Positions 12,186 through 23,032 of a DNA stretch of 64,000 bases are shown here, in pieces. The position numbers and the translations under genes were made by a program. Position 1 is the first letter of the stretch. Every line of letters begins with the position of its first letter. The stretch comes from Babesia bigemina (taxonomy: Eukaryota), in the NCBI RefSeq assembly GCF_000981445.1, contig NC_027219.1:372001-436000 (forward strand). Reading direction: 5' to 3'. The notes under the pieces are model-generated. The model searched no databases, was not told where the DNA came from, and worked only from the letters and a program-made list of their open reading frames with translations.

Positions 12186-13130
12186 TTTTTCGACGGTTTC
12201 GCAGGCGATTTGGATGACAGCTGTGAATTCCTAACTGCTCTGATAGTCGTGCCGCGTGTTTCTTTCAACACGATCGTGCACAGCCGGGGGGCGGTGGCGT
12301 CTCAACGAGATGGTCCCGTCTTCCGTCGATGTTGTAGCCCCGCAAATGCATGCAATGCCTGCGGCTAAAGATTGTCCTCAGGAAGTTTATCGAGGCGTGT
12401 CGACATGCCTCTCAGTATCCGCGGCCTACGCCAATGTCTGCGAAGTGCAATAAAATTTCAGGACTATCTACGAGCATGACCGGGTTCCACCACAGCACTC
12501 TCAGCCTAAAAGCAATAGGCACACGCAAAAAAGAGCAAAAGGTGAAGGGTAGTGATTATTTACGGTCCTACAGACCTGGAAGTCAAAAGATACACACCAG
12601 GTACCTACGCGCTCTGCGCCAAATCAGCATCGCCGCCGACGTTCGGATCGTTCTTATGACGAGCGTCTAATTGCCCAACTCCGCTCGATTGCGCCGTAGA
12701 AGGCAACTCCACGGCGACGTAACGCATATTGCAAGCGGGACACTACATTCCCCATCGCGGCGTCCCAAATCCGAAAATAACTGGAGGCGTATGGGCTTGC
12801 ATGTTAGGGTTAATGCCCGCATAAGCCACTGTACTTCCGCTGTAAACGGCGCTAAGCCGTATTGTTTGCAGCGCCAACGTGTTCTCGCAACGCGGTAGCG
12901 CGTGCCTGCTCCAAAGACACTACGGCCGGATATGCGCTGTAGCTTCCATGTATCGGCGCCAAACGAGATCAGAGCCAGTTTGTTGGTGCGCCTAGAATCG
13001 CGCTGTGACAAAGGGTTCCGAGTTGCGGCCGCCGATGCCGTCTTATCAGCCTCGCGCTGGCAGTCGATCTGGTGCTGGTAACCATGTCCGGCTCAGATTT
13101 AGCCCTCAAAACGCCAGTTTATTTCACAAG

Positions 13131-13979
13131 TTACGCGTTCTCAACACTTTCGCGCATTTTAATCGCCGCGCCACACTCAACCAAATAAGGCTCCGCGATG
13201 TCCATCAGCGCGTCGCGCACGCGGCTGTTGACGATGTTCTCCATTCCGTCTTTGGCGAACGTTTCATTCTCAAGTATGTCTACGTCGATACGCTGATGCA
13301 TATCCGTGGCCAGCTCGTAGAAGCGTTCGACGACGGCCTGCAGGTCCGCGTCGTCGTACGGTATGATGCCGTTTATCGCTTGTTTGACTGCGCCGCGTCC
13401 AACTGCTGCGAGGTAGTCAGTACCTGCGTGGGGGTTGTGGAATGCCCCCTTGGTGCCTTTCCAAACAATCATGCGTACTTCGATGATGAACCCCTCCAGG
13501 GATAGGCCAAGGAAGCCCGCCAGTCTCTGCAGCAGCAGTTTGCGTTCGGCGGCCACTGCGCGGTCTGGGTACGCCTGGTCCGCCATATTGATCAGCACCT
13601 CGTGTATTTTCAGCACTGATGACGCAAACGAACGTATGACGTTGCACATGTTCACCACGTCCGCCTCATTGCTTGCCGACAGTTCCTCATCCGTCAGCGA
13701 ACCTAGCCCTTTGATATTACGGGGTGGCAAGAATGCGCCATGGGTAGGCAGCGGAAATTGCGACGCAATTGACATTATGGCCTGTTCTTCCTCCGAGGTT
13801 CGGCTGACCCGCTTGTCGTAGGCGTCCTTCCACCTAGCGGCGATCTCCACAATACCGCTCATCTTGGGACGTACAAGCGCCACAAGTGTGTTTGGCACGA
13901 TTGGGGTTGTTATGAACGCTTGAACGCAGCACAGTGATAGCACGGACGCCAATATGGCGGCACGTAAATGTCGTGCCAT
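13131..13979 (-). CDS. Hypothetical secreted protein, ~282 aa
   Basis: Intronless ORF with a signal peptide (MARHLRAAILASVLSLCCVQA); no family recognised. Confidence 0.75.
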   Translation of the reverse strand: MARHLRAAILASVLSLCCVQAFITTPIVPNTLVALVRPKMSGIVEIAARWKDAYDKRVSRTSEEEQAIMSIASQFPLPTHGAFLPPRNIKGLGSLTDEELSASNEADVVNMCNVIRSFASSVLKIHEVLINMADQAYPDRAVAAERKLLLQRLAGFLGLSLEGFIIEVRMIVWKGTKGAFHNPHAGTDYLAAVGRGAVKQAINGIIPYDDADLQAVVERFYELATDMHQRIDVDILENETFAKDGMENIVNSRVRDALMDIAEPYLVECGAAIKMRESVENA

Positions 13980-14472
13980 CTTCGTATCTAAGAATCCTTT
14001 AATGTAACCTCCACCTCCTAGTGCTATAGTCGTATGATGTGCTGCTAGTTGCAAAAAAATGGGAATCTAAAAAGGTGGAGTGGGAGCTAATGATATTGCG
14101 CCCGGAAAAGTGGCAAGCTGCGCCCAAGTTTTCACCTGTGCCGAATGCCGCGGAAAATTTCTTGCAACCGCTGCTCTCACACAAATTTCGTTACTGGCAG
14201 CTCCATGGACGCTCGTCCATATAAGCTATTTGGCTTGCGCCAAATGTCGTGAAGAGCAAGTAGGGGCAACCACGAGCGAAAACACGACGCTGCATGATCG
14301 ATGGGCGCGCGGAGCTATGCCGCATCGAGCCGCACGCGTCATCACAAGACGTAAATGGACCGCCTATGCACTCAAAACCACCTACTGATGAACGCATTTG
14401 CTGCACCATACGTTTCTTTCACCAGATCACACCGTGGCACGGACGCACATAATACGCAGATTATTGATGCGT

Positions 14473-17400
14473 TTAGTTTGGATGCAAAGCAGCCTTCGTT
14501 CTCTGTAATTTGTTGGCGCGTTTCAGCCTGAACCGCCTTGCCAGGTTACCGTAGACCTGGTAGAAGTACTCCACGGCGTCGCTGCGCAGAAGGCTGTGGT
14601 CTGTCAGTATGCTCCGCCGTGCTGTCGCGTGCGTGTCCCCGTTGATCCTCGCCGCCACCCCGATGAAATGCTCGACGATAAACATGAACTTGGTGTTCGT
14701 GAGCTGGTGAAAGCAATTGAAGAGGAGCGCGATGGTACTAAAGGCGATGTAGTACTCTCTGCCTAGCAGGTTCCAGTGGAACACATCGTTGACGTTTCCC
14801 TGCGGCCGTGATAGCCACCCTGTCTCCGGAGGCGTATTCACGACGAAGAACACCCGAAACGTGCTGACAACGAGCGTATCAAGGGTGCTCAGCTGCCCCT
14901 TCGCAGCCGGCTTCTCTTGTATTCGTTTGCCTTTGGTGTACATGGATATCGAGAACCGCGCTGCTCGCGATGTCATCAAACGCCTCATTTGAAGTTGCAA
15001 GAACTTGGTGATAGCGACTTCGACCGGAGCCGTTCCGTATTGCAAATAACGCTCGATCAGTGCTAGGTTCATCGCGCCTCGTGCCTCCAGGAAATACGCC
15101 CTTTTGATTTTGACGGTGTTTACAAAGACCACGAAGTTTTGCACCCTTGACAGCTTCGCATCGCTTCCGAGCAATTCCGCTAAAAGCCTCGGCGCTGCCG
15201 CCGTTCTCGCAATGAGATGCATCAGTGCGGCCAGCAGCTTTGTGCGGCGGCTGCTTGCTTTGTACGAAACCATCGCGCCGGCCATTACCGCTGTGATGAG
15301 ACCCGCATGACGATCGTCCAAATTCAGCGAAATGGCATTCAGAAGCGTGATTGTGAGGCGTGGGAGCTTGCTTTTGCAGGCTTTGTAGAGCAACTGCGGT
15401 GGGCAACTATCGATCATAAGCGCGAACATCTCGACACAGTCATTCAACGGGACTTTGAAACGCGCCATAACCGCAACAATGGTGGCGTAAACGTTGTCTT
15501 CAACATGCTTCGTTAGGTTGAGCTTGTGCAAACGCAGGAGCAGCTTGGCACGCTTGACGTAGTTCGCTATGGCGTTGGCCATTCTATCGTAGGTCACGTG
15601 ATTGCGATCTTCGGTAGTCACTTTGACTACGCGAGGCCGGCCCCTTCGTCGTCCAGTCGTCGTCGGCTTGGGGTTGTCATCAACGGGAGGTTTTTCCGGG
15701 GGCTTGTCAGGCACCACGGCCGGTAACCGATTCAGCACAACATCGGTCAGCTGCCGCAACATATCCCCTGCACAGTCACTGTAGTAGGTCCTCCATTTCA
15801 CAATATTAGGCTGGTTTAAGTGGACGTCGTCGAACCAGGTCTCCTGATTTCCCACCTGCTGTTTGACCCTGCTCGCCAGTATGCCTCGCTTTATCCTTTC
15901 CAGAGCCTCCAAACGCGACCTTATGGAACCGGTCTTGGTCGCGCCCTCCAGAATTTCGATCGCTTCGCTCAGCGTACGTTCGTTGATTTGCTTCACGAAC
16001 GCCAGCAGCTTCTTGTTACGCCCGGAATTCACGCTCATATTTAGTAGCCACAGACAGAAAATACCGAACTCCATCACCTGCACAGTTTCCACTGTGGCAG
16101 TCTCTGCCATCGCCTCGTGCGCCGCATCAAGCGCGTGGGTGAGCTTGGGGGCAGCTTTCTTGGTGCCGACCAACGCTATGAGCATTACCAGCAGTTGTCG
16201 TGCAGTGGAAGCGTGCACGTTGTCCTCGTCCGGGTGGCATTCGTCCCCGAAATTCTGCATGAGAGCGTGTTTGGCGACAACGCCAATGAGCCTCTCGATT
16301 ACGCCGAGCAGCGCCACGGGTACCTTCCTCCTTCCCGGCCAGTGGATCTCCTTGCTCTCGCGTGGCAACACCAGCGGTCGTAGCAAAGCGCACCAACACT
16401 CGATGGCCACGCGCGGACGTCTGACCACGCCGTCTACCAAGAACGTCAGGATTTTTCGCGCGTACTCGGGATTAGAGGTGAGCAGTTCAAGCCCTGCCGC
16501 TTTGGCCATGTCCAGCGCTTCGTCCGCGGGACGACCCACACTGAGGATCGTGTGCGATACGAAAATGTCCTTCCCCAATATGCGAGACAGCTGCAGGATA
16601 TTGTCGAAGTTGTCGGTGCTGCCCATCGAGAAGATGGGGGCAAAGGTTTGCTTGAAGCTGGGCTTGGAGACCAGAGCGTCAAGCCACCCCAGCATCTGTT
16701 TCTCCACCTTCCCGTCTCTGGATATCTTCACGAATCTTATGATGAACTCCAGGAGCAGCGATAGCGTCCTGACACGCGGGATGTTGCCGAACGCGAATTC
16801 CCAACCCTCAGTGTCGATGTGGATGGTACTCAGTTGGCGCCTGCCGTCGCCGGAACGGCCGCCACCACGTTTGCCGTACGCGTCGACCTTAGTTCCCCAC
16901 TTTATACCCTGCAACGTAGCGTCCAGGATAGACGCAGGCGACATTGCAGATACGGAATTGGATGCACCCCTCCTTGAAGCACCGCCACGCTTCCGACCTG
17001 CGCCCTTCCCATCATCCCTGCTGCGGCGTCTCTCCCTCTTCCGGGTTGCCTGCTGCGCCCCAATGCGGTTGAAGATGAGGATGTGATCTAGCAGCTCCGG
17101 CATTATTGCCGCAAGGGCCTCCACAAAGACGCGCCTGTTATGTAGGGTGAACAGGCACTCGCCGTCGAATGCCACCACCGGGAAAGCAGCGATGATGTGC
17201 AGGGCCAACGGCCCAGGTACCAGACGGAGCAAGGTCTCCTGGACTTGCCTGACGTCGTCAAACAGGTTTGATTCTTGGGCGCCGAAAATGCAGAGAATGA
17301 TGCAACACCTAGTCAGTACCTCGCACAGCGAGGTTCCAGTCTCATCCACCACGCTCACCTGCGTCTTCGCCGTAGCCGAATTGGTGCCCCGCCGCATGTC

Positions 17401-17838
17401 GCACTCCGCTTTGAGCGCACAGACGCAAATCCGCAACAGGCAGGCGATGCTCCTGCTGTACAGGTCCTTGGCCGGTGCGCCGTCAAGGACTTGCACAACG
17501 TCATCCAGTCCGTAGTGTAGCCTGGCCTTGAGCAGCTTGCTGATCTGCAACGCGACCTGGTGCTTCCGCGTCGGGTCGCTGTCCAGGTCGGCCAGAAGCG
17601 CGGTGACGCTTTCCGGGAGCTCGCCGGAGAGGTAAATCGACACCACATCATCCTTCATGACGAAGCTGCGGTCGAACCTGGTGAGTTCGTTGAGCCGCAC
17701 CCCCAACAGATGGCTCAGAGTCTGTATGCATATCCGAAAAGATTCCCTTTCGTTCGCCAGCAGGCCCCGCAGTCTCTGCAGGGTTCTCCGGTTTCCCGTT
17801 TCGCCTGCAGCGACGAAGAATCGGCAGAAATCCGCCAT
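14473..17838 (-). CDS. Large Leu/Ala-rich helical hypothetical protein (1121 aa) with basic NLS-like stretches and an AT-hook-like motif
   Basis: Long intronless ORF; RKRERRRSR basic patch and GRRRGRPR motif. Confidence 0.8.
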   Translation of the reverse strand: MADFCRFFVAAGETGNRRTLQRLRGLLANERESFRICIQTLSHLLGVRLNELTRFDRSFVMKDDVVSIYLSGELPESVTALLADLDSDPTRKHQVALQISKLLKARLHYGLDDVVQVLDGAPAKDLYSRSIACLLRICVCALKAECDMRRGTNSATAKTQVSVVDETGTSLCEVLTRCCIILCIFGAQESNLFDDVRQVQETLLRLVPGPLALHIIAAFPVVAFDGECLFTLHNRRVFVEALAAIMPELLDHILIFNRIGAQQATRKRERRRSRDDGKGAGRKRGGASRRGASNSVSAMSPASILDATLQGIKWGTKVDAYGKRGGGRSGDGRRQLSTIHIDTEGWEFAFGNIPRVRTLSLLLEFIIRFVKISRDGKVEKQMLGWLDALVSKPSFKQTFAPIFSMGSTDNFDNILQLSRILGKDIFVSHTILSVGRPADEALDMAKAAGLELLTSNPEYARKILTFLVDGVVRRPRVAIECWCALLRPLVLPRESKEIHWPGRRKVPVALLGVIERLIGVVAKHALMQNFGDECHPDEDNVHASTARQLLVMLIALVGTKKAAPKLTHALDAAHEAMAETATVETVQVMEFGIFCLWLLNMSVNSGRNKKLLAFVKQINERTLSEAIEILEGATKTGSIRSRLEALERIKRGILASRVKQQVGNQETWFDDVHLNQPNIVKWRTYYSDCAGDMLRQLTDVVLNRLPAVVPDKPPEKPPVDDNPKPTTTGRRRGRPRVVKVTTEDRNHVTYDRMANAIANYVKRAKLLLRLHKLNLTKHVEDNVYATIVAVMARFKVPLNDCVEMFALMIDSCPPQLLYKACKSKLPRLTITLLNAISLNLDDRHAGLITAVMAGAMVSYKASSRRTKLLAALMHLIARTAAAPRLLAELLGSDAKLSRVQNFVVFVNTVKIKRAYFLEARGAMNLALIERYLQYGTAPVEVAITKFLQLQMRRLMTSRAARFSISMYTKGKRIQEKPAAKGQLSTLDTLVVSTFRVFFVVNTPPETGWLSRPQGNVNDVFHWNLLGREYYIAFSTIALLFNCFHQLTNTKFMFIVEHFIGVAARINGDTHATARRSILTDHSLLRSDAVEYFYQVYGNLARRFRLKRANKLQRTKAALHPN

Positions 17839-18427
17839 TTGTATCGAATGAAATTTGGAGTCTTTTTAGCATGGTTTCAACCGGTCACCGCTGCCAACTC
17901 CACTTTGCCAATCCATCGCTAACACCGCGAGGTCACCGCTCGCCCTGCGCAATGTATGCGCCGCGCTCAACGCTTGACCGTCACGGCCAACGTATGGCCA
18001 TTTCAGTTCATCTCACAGGTTGACTGCCGCTGGCGCGGCGCCCTGCATGGTCTGCAGCTCCGCCTCAGCTCGCAGGGTGTGGACCGCGCGACTTTTTCGA
18101 CCGCACGCGGTAGGCACACCTGCTAGTACCTGGGCGTATTTACAAGGCCACATATACAGTAGCCTATTCGGTCAGTGTCTTGGTTGCGATACGAGTTGGC
18201 GTCGCGCTGAGGGAGCTCGCCGACTAGAATCATGTGTGGCTACAACGTCGTGGTGGGTGTCGCTTTGCCGGCACGGATTCGTCCCGTTTAATACAATAGC
18301 ACAGCTTAATATAATCGTCGGCACACTGGGCAGTTTACGTCCATTGCCTTAAGAATAGCACCAACACCGCGTTGCCGTGCTCGTTCGTGTCTACTGGGCT
18401 GCAGCAATCTCAAGCAAGTATCCTAAA

Positions 18428-19604
18428 ATGGAGCCGGATTCGGTGCAATACCTCACTCCCAAGGAGGTCGCTCTTGGGCAGGCCCATGAATCGCTTCTCG
18501 AGGATAACGCCGATCGCTGGGTACGGACGGCCACTCGCCAACTGACGTGATGCAGGTTATGTTCCCAATCCGCTACGAAGCGCTGTGGGTGAGTCGACTA
18601 GCGCGGTGTCTGATGCTGCGCCAGGCTATGTACAAGCAGATTGAGAACAATTACTGGGCGGCGGAGAACTTCCGGTTCATTGACGACCGCCAGATGCTTT
18701 TGAGCCTCGACGTGGAGCTGCGCGAATGCATGGTCAAGCTCATCAGCTACCATGCGAGGCTGTAGGTGCACGTGACGAATCTGTAATAGACCGCAGTGAC
18801 TACCGCAAGGGTGCCCGCCCAGCGGAGGTGACGCTGGACCTTCTCTCCGACACCCAGTTGCCCGAGGCACGGGCGTTTTACGGCTTCCAAGTGTCATACG
18901 AGAACATACACAGCGAGGTTTTCGGAGCCATGGCGATGGAGCTGGCTGCTGCCGCGGACGTTGCGGAGGTAATGCGTTGCTGTTCATTGCCCGTGACGGT
19001 ATGTAGGGAGATGCGAAGATTGAGTGGCTGTCGACCAAGTTTGCCTCGGCAGAGTGTTTCTACATCAAGGTCTTCCTGCAGTGCATTTCCAAGTGTGTGT
19101 TCCGCTGCGCATTCGGAATCGTCAAGGACTACTTGAGGATGACCGGTTTGCTGCCCATGTATGTGTCAGCTCTTGATACTGTGGACACGGACCTGGCGAT
19201 CCACCTGAAGTTCGCAGCAGCGGCGCTGGCCCAGCTGAAGCTGCGCGTATCCAGAGACGTGCTACTTGCACTGCTGAACGAGGCGCTAGAGTTGGAGGTT
19301 AAGTTTTGCCACAGCGTGCTGCCGCTCCGTAAACTTGGATTGTCGGAGGGTGAGTTCGGCCTCGTTTCCGTGCGCACACTTTCCCGCAGGCCAGTTGCTG
19401 CAGTACATCCAGAACAGCATGAACCAGTGCCTCCTGATCGCTGGGCAGCCCGAGGCACACCGCATAGATGCCGACTTCGCATGGCTGAACCCGCCGACTA
19501 TCGACGTCGCCATCACTGCCAAGCAGCTTCATCAGAGCAAACCCAAGATAGTGCCAGTGGTAGAGGCAACTGTCGGTGCCATCAGCTTCGACGAGGACTT
19601 CTGA
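18428..19604 (+). CDS. Divergent ribonucleotide reductase small subunit (apicomplexan R2_e2-type), 6 exons
   Basis: Exons 18428-18520, 18556-18588, 18625-18761, 18797-18968, 19007-19349 and 19390-19604 give NADRWVMFPIRY...YWAAE...PEARAFYGFQ..ENIHSE...ISFDEDF. Confidence 0.9.
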
Positions 19605-19797
19605 ACGTACCGGCGCTAGGCGCCGGCTGCATGTGAGCCGAGCCACCAACCGGTGAGACGTCACCGCACCCATCCGCCAATGGGACCCAACACAGCACCA
19701 TTTTAATCGTATCGCTGACGAAAGTCTTATCACGTTAGATATTACTGCGCGAGTTGCTCGCGTCGACGGATACAGACGCGGTTCACGGCCCTGCTGG

Positions 19798-20496
19798 TCA
19801 GACAAAGCTCTTTACTTCGAAGAACGAGCTGATGTAGTAGATCTGACAGAAGCAGATGACGATGAGGAAAATCAGCTGGCAAGTCGACCACCTGATGATC
19901 CTGACGTTCATGTCGTCGATGATGCCGGAATAGAGCTGCTCCCGCGAGCTGTAGGTCTCCGTGCGGTCAACGATGACGTGGGTGTTCTCCAGTAGCTTCT
20001 CAGCGAAAGCAATAAGTTCGTTCGCGTCCTCGACGGTGGACAGCTGAGACAGATCCTTGTTGAGGGTGGTTTCCACCCTGTAGTTGAAAATCACGGTGTT
20101 CTTCGAGTAGGACTTGTTGGTGAGGCAGAAGGAGTAGTGGCCCGTTTCCTGCACCTGCGACCAGTGGAACGCGCAGTCGGTGTACGCAGACTTACGTCAT
20201 ATTCGAACTGGTTGTCGCTCACGACCAGGACGGGAACTGTCGTTGGCCTCGACGTCGGCCCGTCGACCTTGTAGATCATAGGTTTCACGGCGGATTCGTC
20301 CGGCACCGATTCTGCTGATCTGCAACGCGTCAGTCTTATACATTTAAGCGGCGTCATACCCCGTGAGCTTCTCGGTGCGGCTGGCAAAAGTCGTGAAGCA
20401 CTGCGTCTCGTTGGCTGCCATGATCATCTGCGTGCCCTCGATGAGCGAGGCCGCCGCCAGCACAATGGCCGCGGTCGCGACCAATTTACCCGTCAT
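19798..20496 (-). CDS. p24/emp24/gp25L (TMED) cargo receptor, spliced
   Basis: Signal peptide, ETQCF and GHYSFCLTN GOLD motifs, coiled coil, C-terminal TM and QIYYISSFFEVKSFV tail. Confidence 0.88.
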
Positions 20497-20842
20497 TTTG
20501 CAAATGACGGCACACCTCGTAGAGTGTATACGCCTGCTGCGCTCGTTGGAGCCACACTCACAGGTAAGTGGTGCGGTGTACTGATTTTCTCTTTGTGCGT
20601 GGCGATACGCGCCGTCTAAAACGTCCCGGCGTGCTAAAACGTTTAAGCACGACTGAAATTCATAACTGCGGTGACACCGAGGCCACACGGCACAGATTTC
20701 TAGGGTGACTCTCGTCCCCGTCGAAGGTGCGCGTCGTCGTCGCCACGACCACAACCAGATTTTATACGGCTACACATCAGCCGGAAGCAATGCCTCCACA
20801 ACTCAACACGCACGTGTCGTTGTATTGAAACGTCGAGCGGCG

Positions 20843-22074
20843 ATGTCTACCACTCCGGGAGGCAGCCTTAGCATGGCTGAGGCCGAGGCGCTGTTGGACG
20901 CCGCGCGCCGGTGCTCCACAGCGGAGGAGTCGGCGCAACTGAAGCGCCGTTTGGAGGAGCTGCTGCAGGAATACGTGGCGCTGTCCTCCACAGATTTCTT
21001 TAAGCCCGCCGTTTACGCGGTACGTTCGTATAGCATGCAATCGTGGCCGGAGGCCGCCGGTAAAGTACAACCGCGAGGCTGCACAACGTGACGCCGCGGT
21101 TGGTCCGATCGGCCCCATTATACATGTCGACAACGTGTATAACCTGCAGATGTTGCAAAATGCCACAAGGACGCTGGAAGGTCGGCAGCAGGCAGCCCCA
21201 GTGCGGTCAACCTTTAGCTTTAAGCCTGTTCGCAGCCGGCAAACCGCGGCCGCATCAGACGCAGCGCCATCAGTGCCACCTGCAGAAACCAGCGGAACGG
21301 CGTCAGTGGCGCGTCCCGAGCCCAAGAGCGGAGTGAGCGTCGAAAATGGCACGCTGCGCATCCAGGGGCTCTCCGGCATTGACGTAGTACGTTGCGGCGC
21401 CGAACTCCACGGAATCGGCACCGTGATGATGAGAGACTTGGTACGTCAACGCGACGCATTCTGCATCTCACGCAGGAGCGCTGCAGGGTCATCCTGTTGG
21501 GCGTCGTCGAGGCCGTGTACATCACCGACGTCAAGGATAGCCTTATATGGTGGGTCGCCCGTGCGCACTAATCACCAGGACATCAGGATCGGCGTGGCAC
21601 GCGGGTCGGCTATTCTGCACTCGCTCTGCGCTTCCACCATGCTGATCTGCTGCAGGCAGCTGCGTATCGCAAACTCGGTCGGGAGCAAGTTCCTGACAGA
21701 CACGGTGACCATGCCAATCATCGAGCGGTGAGACACACTAGCACAGCGTTTCACTCTCTTTAGAACCAATGGGGTCTCGTTCGCAAAGAATCACGTCCGC
21801 TACGCCGGTCAGGCTGATCACCTAAAGGTAGCTGGAGCTGTCTGTTTTGCATGACTTGCAGGCGTCTGGGCTGAAGGACGTGCTGATGACTGAGTCTCCA
21901 GCAGCCACCGACTTCAGTTGGCATCACGCTGGCGCCTCGCCAAACTGGAGCGCGGAACGGGAGCGTCCGGAAGTGACGCTCTCGCCGGAGCCCCTGGAGC
22001 AGCCTGCCAGTGACCTAGCGGGCAACACGTTCACCTTCGCCCCCGAATCGTGGGAAATTTTAGGCCACTTATAA
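20843..22074 (+). CDS. TBCC: Tubulin-binding cofactor C-like protein, multi-exon
   Basis: Spliced C-terminal beta-helix: GVARGSAILH...CCRQLRI...TMPIIE...ATDFSWH..ASPNWS. Confidence 0.78.
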
Positions 22075-22165
22075 TAACCGTAACTAATTAATTTGCCGCC
22101 GTCGTTGCCGGCCCCTGTTGTGTGTCGAGTGGAGGTTATCGCGCCGTGATCGCGGCTCTCCGGAG

Positions 22166-22992
22166 ATGGATGCAGTTGTGCCGCTGCGGAGCCAAATTCG
22201 CGAGCTCCTGCGCAAGCGCCGGTCGCTGAAGGCTACGATCCGTAGAATCTCATTGCAGGTTGACAGTGGTAGGAAGTTGATGTCGTGCATCCATGACGTT
22301 CAGATGCGCCCGTGACTCTGCTGTCGACCAAAACGACCTCCGAAGCCACCAATGACGGCAAGCGCAAGCTGCAGGTAGGCGCATGTGTATGACAAAGCGG
22401 CAACGGGTCGCAGGAGGCGATGGAGGTGGACGCCGAAACGGAGAAGCGACCCAAGCTGGAGTCGGCTGAAGAGCACGTCGCGGGGCACAAACGGATCCTT
22501 CGCACAAGCATACTCGGGCACTTGCAACGTGCTAAGGACGCACTCGCCAAGGAACGCGAGAAGGAGAGCGTTAGTGTTTTTTCCGGCAGTACCATGCGCG
22601 CGCAGACCATCAAGCACATGGAGAAGGAGCAGCTGGTGGCGTCCAAGCTCGCCGATCAAGAGCGCACGAAGCTGGAGCAGTTATCGCATGAGCTCCGCGC
22701 GCAGATGGCTGCGAGTGAGGAACAACTGCGCGCTGTCGAATCGGAGCTTAACGTCAAGTGCAACGAACTGATGGTCAGTGTTCACGTGTCTACCGCTAAA
22801 CGCGCGCAGAAGACGAGCCTTACGCAGCACTACGAGCACATGGCCAACTTTATAGCCACGCAAGCGCAGCCGACCATCTTCTGGGCGCCACGCAACTTCA
22901 ACCCCGAGCTGGAGTCCCTGCGCGGGCGCACGCAGCAGTTCATCTCGGAGAAGGTGGCTGCCATCGCATCCACCGAGTACTTCAAAGCTTAG
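22166..22992 (+). CDS. Pinin/SDK/memA-domain protein, multi-exon
   Basis: HKRILRTSILGHLQRAK, a coiled coil and NFIATQAQPTIFWAP match the pinin motifs. Confidence 0.75.
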
Positions 22993-23032
22993 TGCGTGTA
23001 ACAACTTATAATGGTTTCCGATTACCAGTGTA

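Noticed and set aside
15863..17086. 407-aa plus-strand ORF and the many similar antisense ORFs across the window
   Set aside because: Shadow ORFs opposite real genes in GC-rich coding DNA; no motifs.
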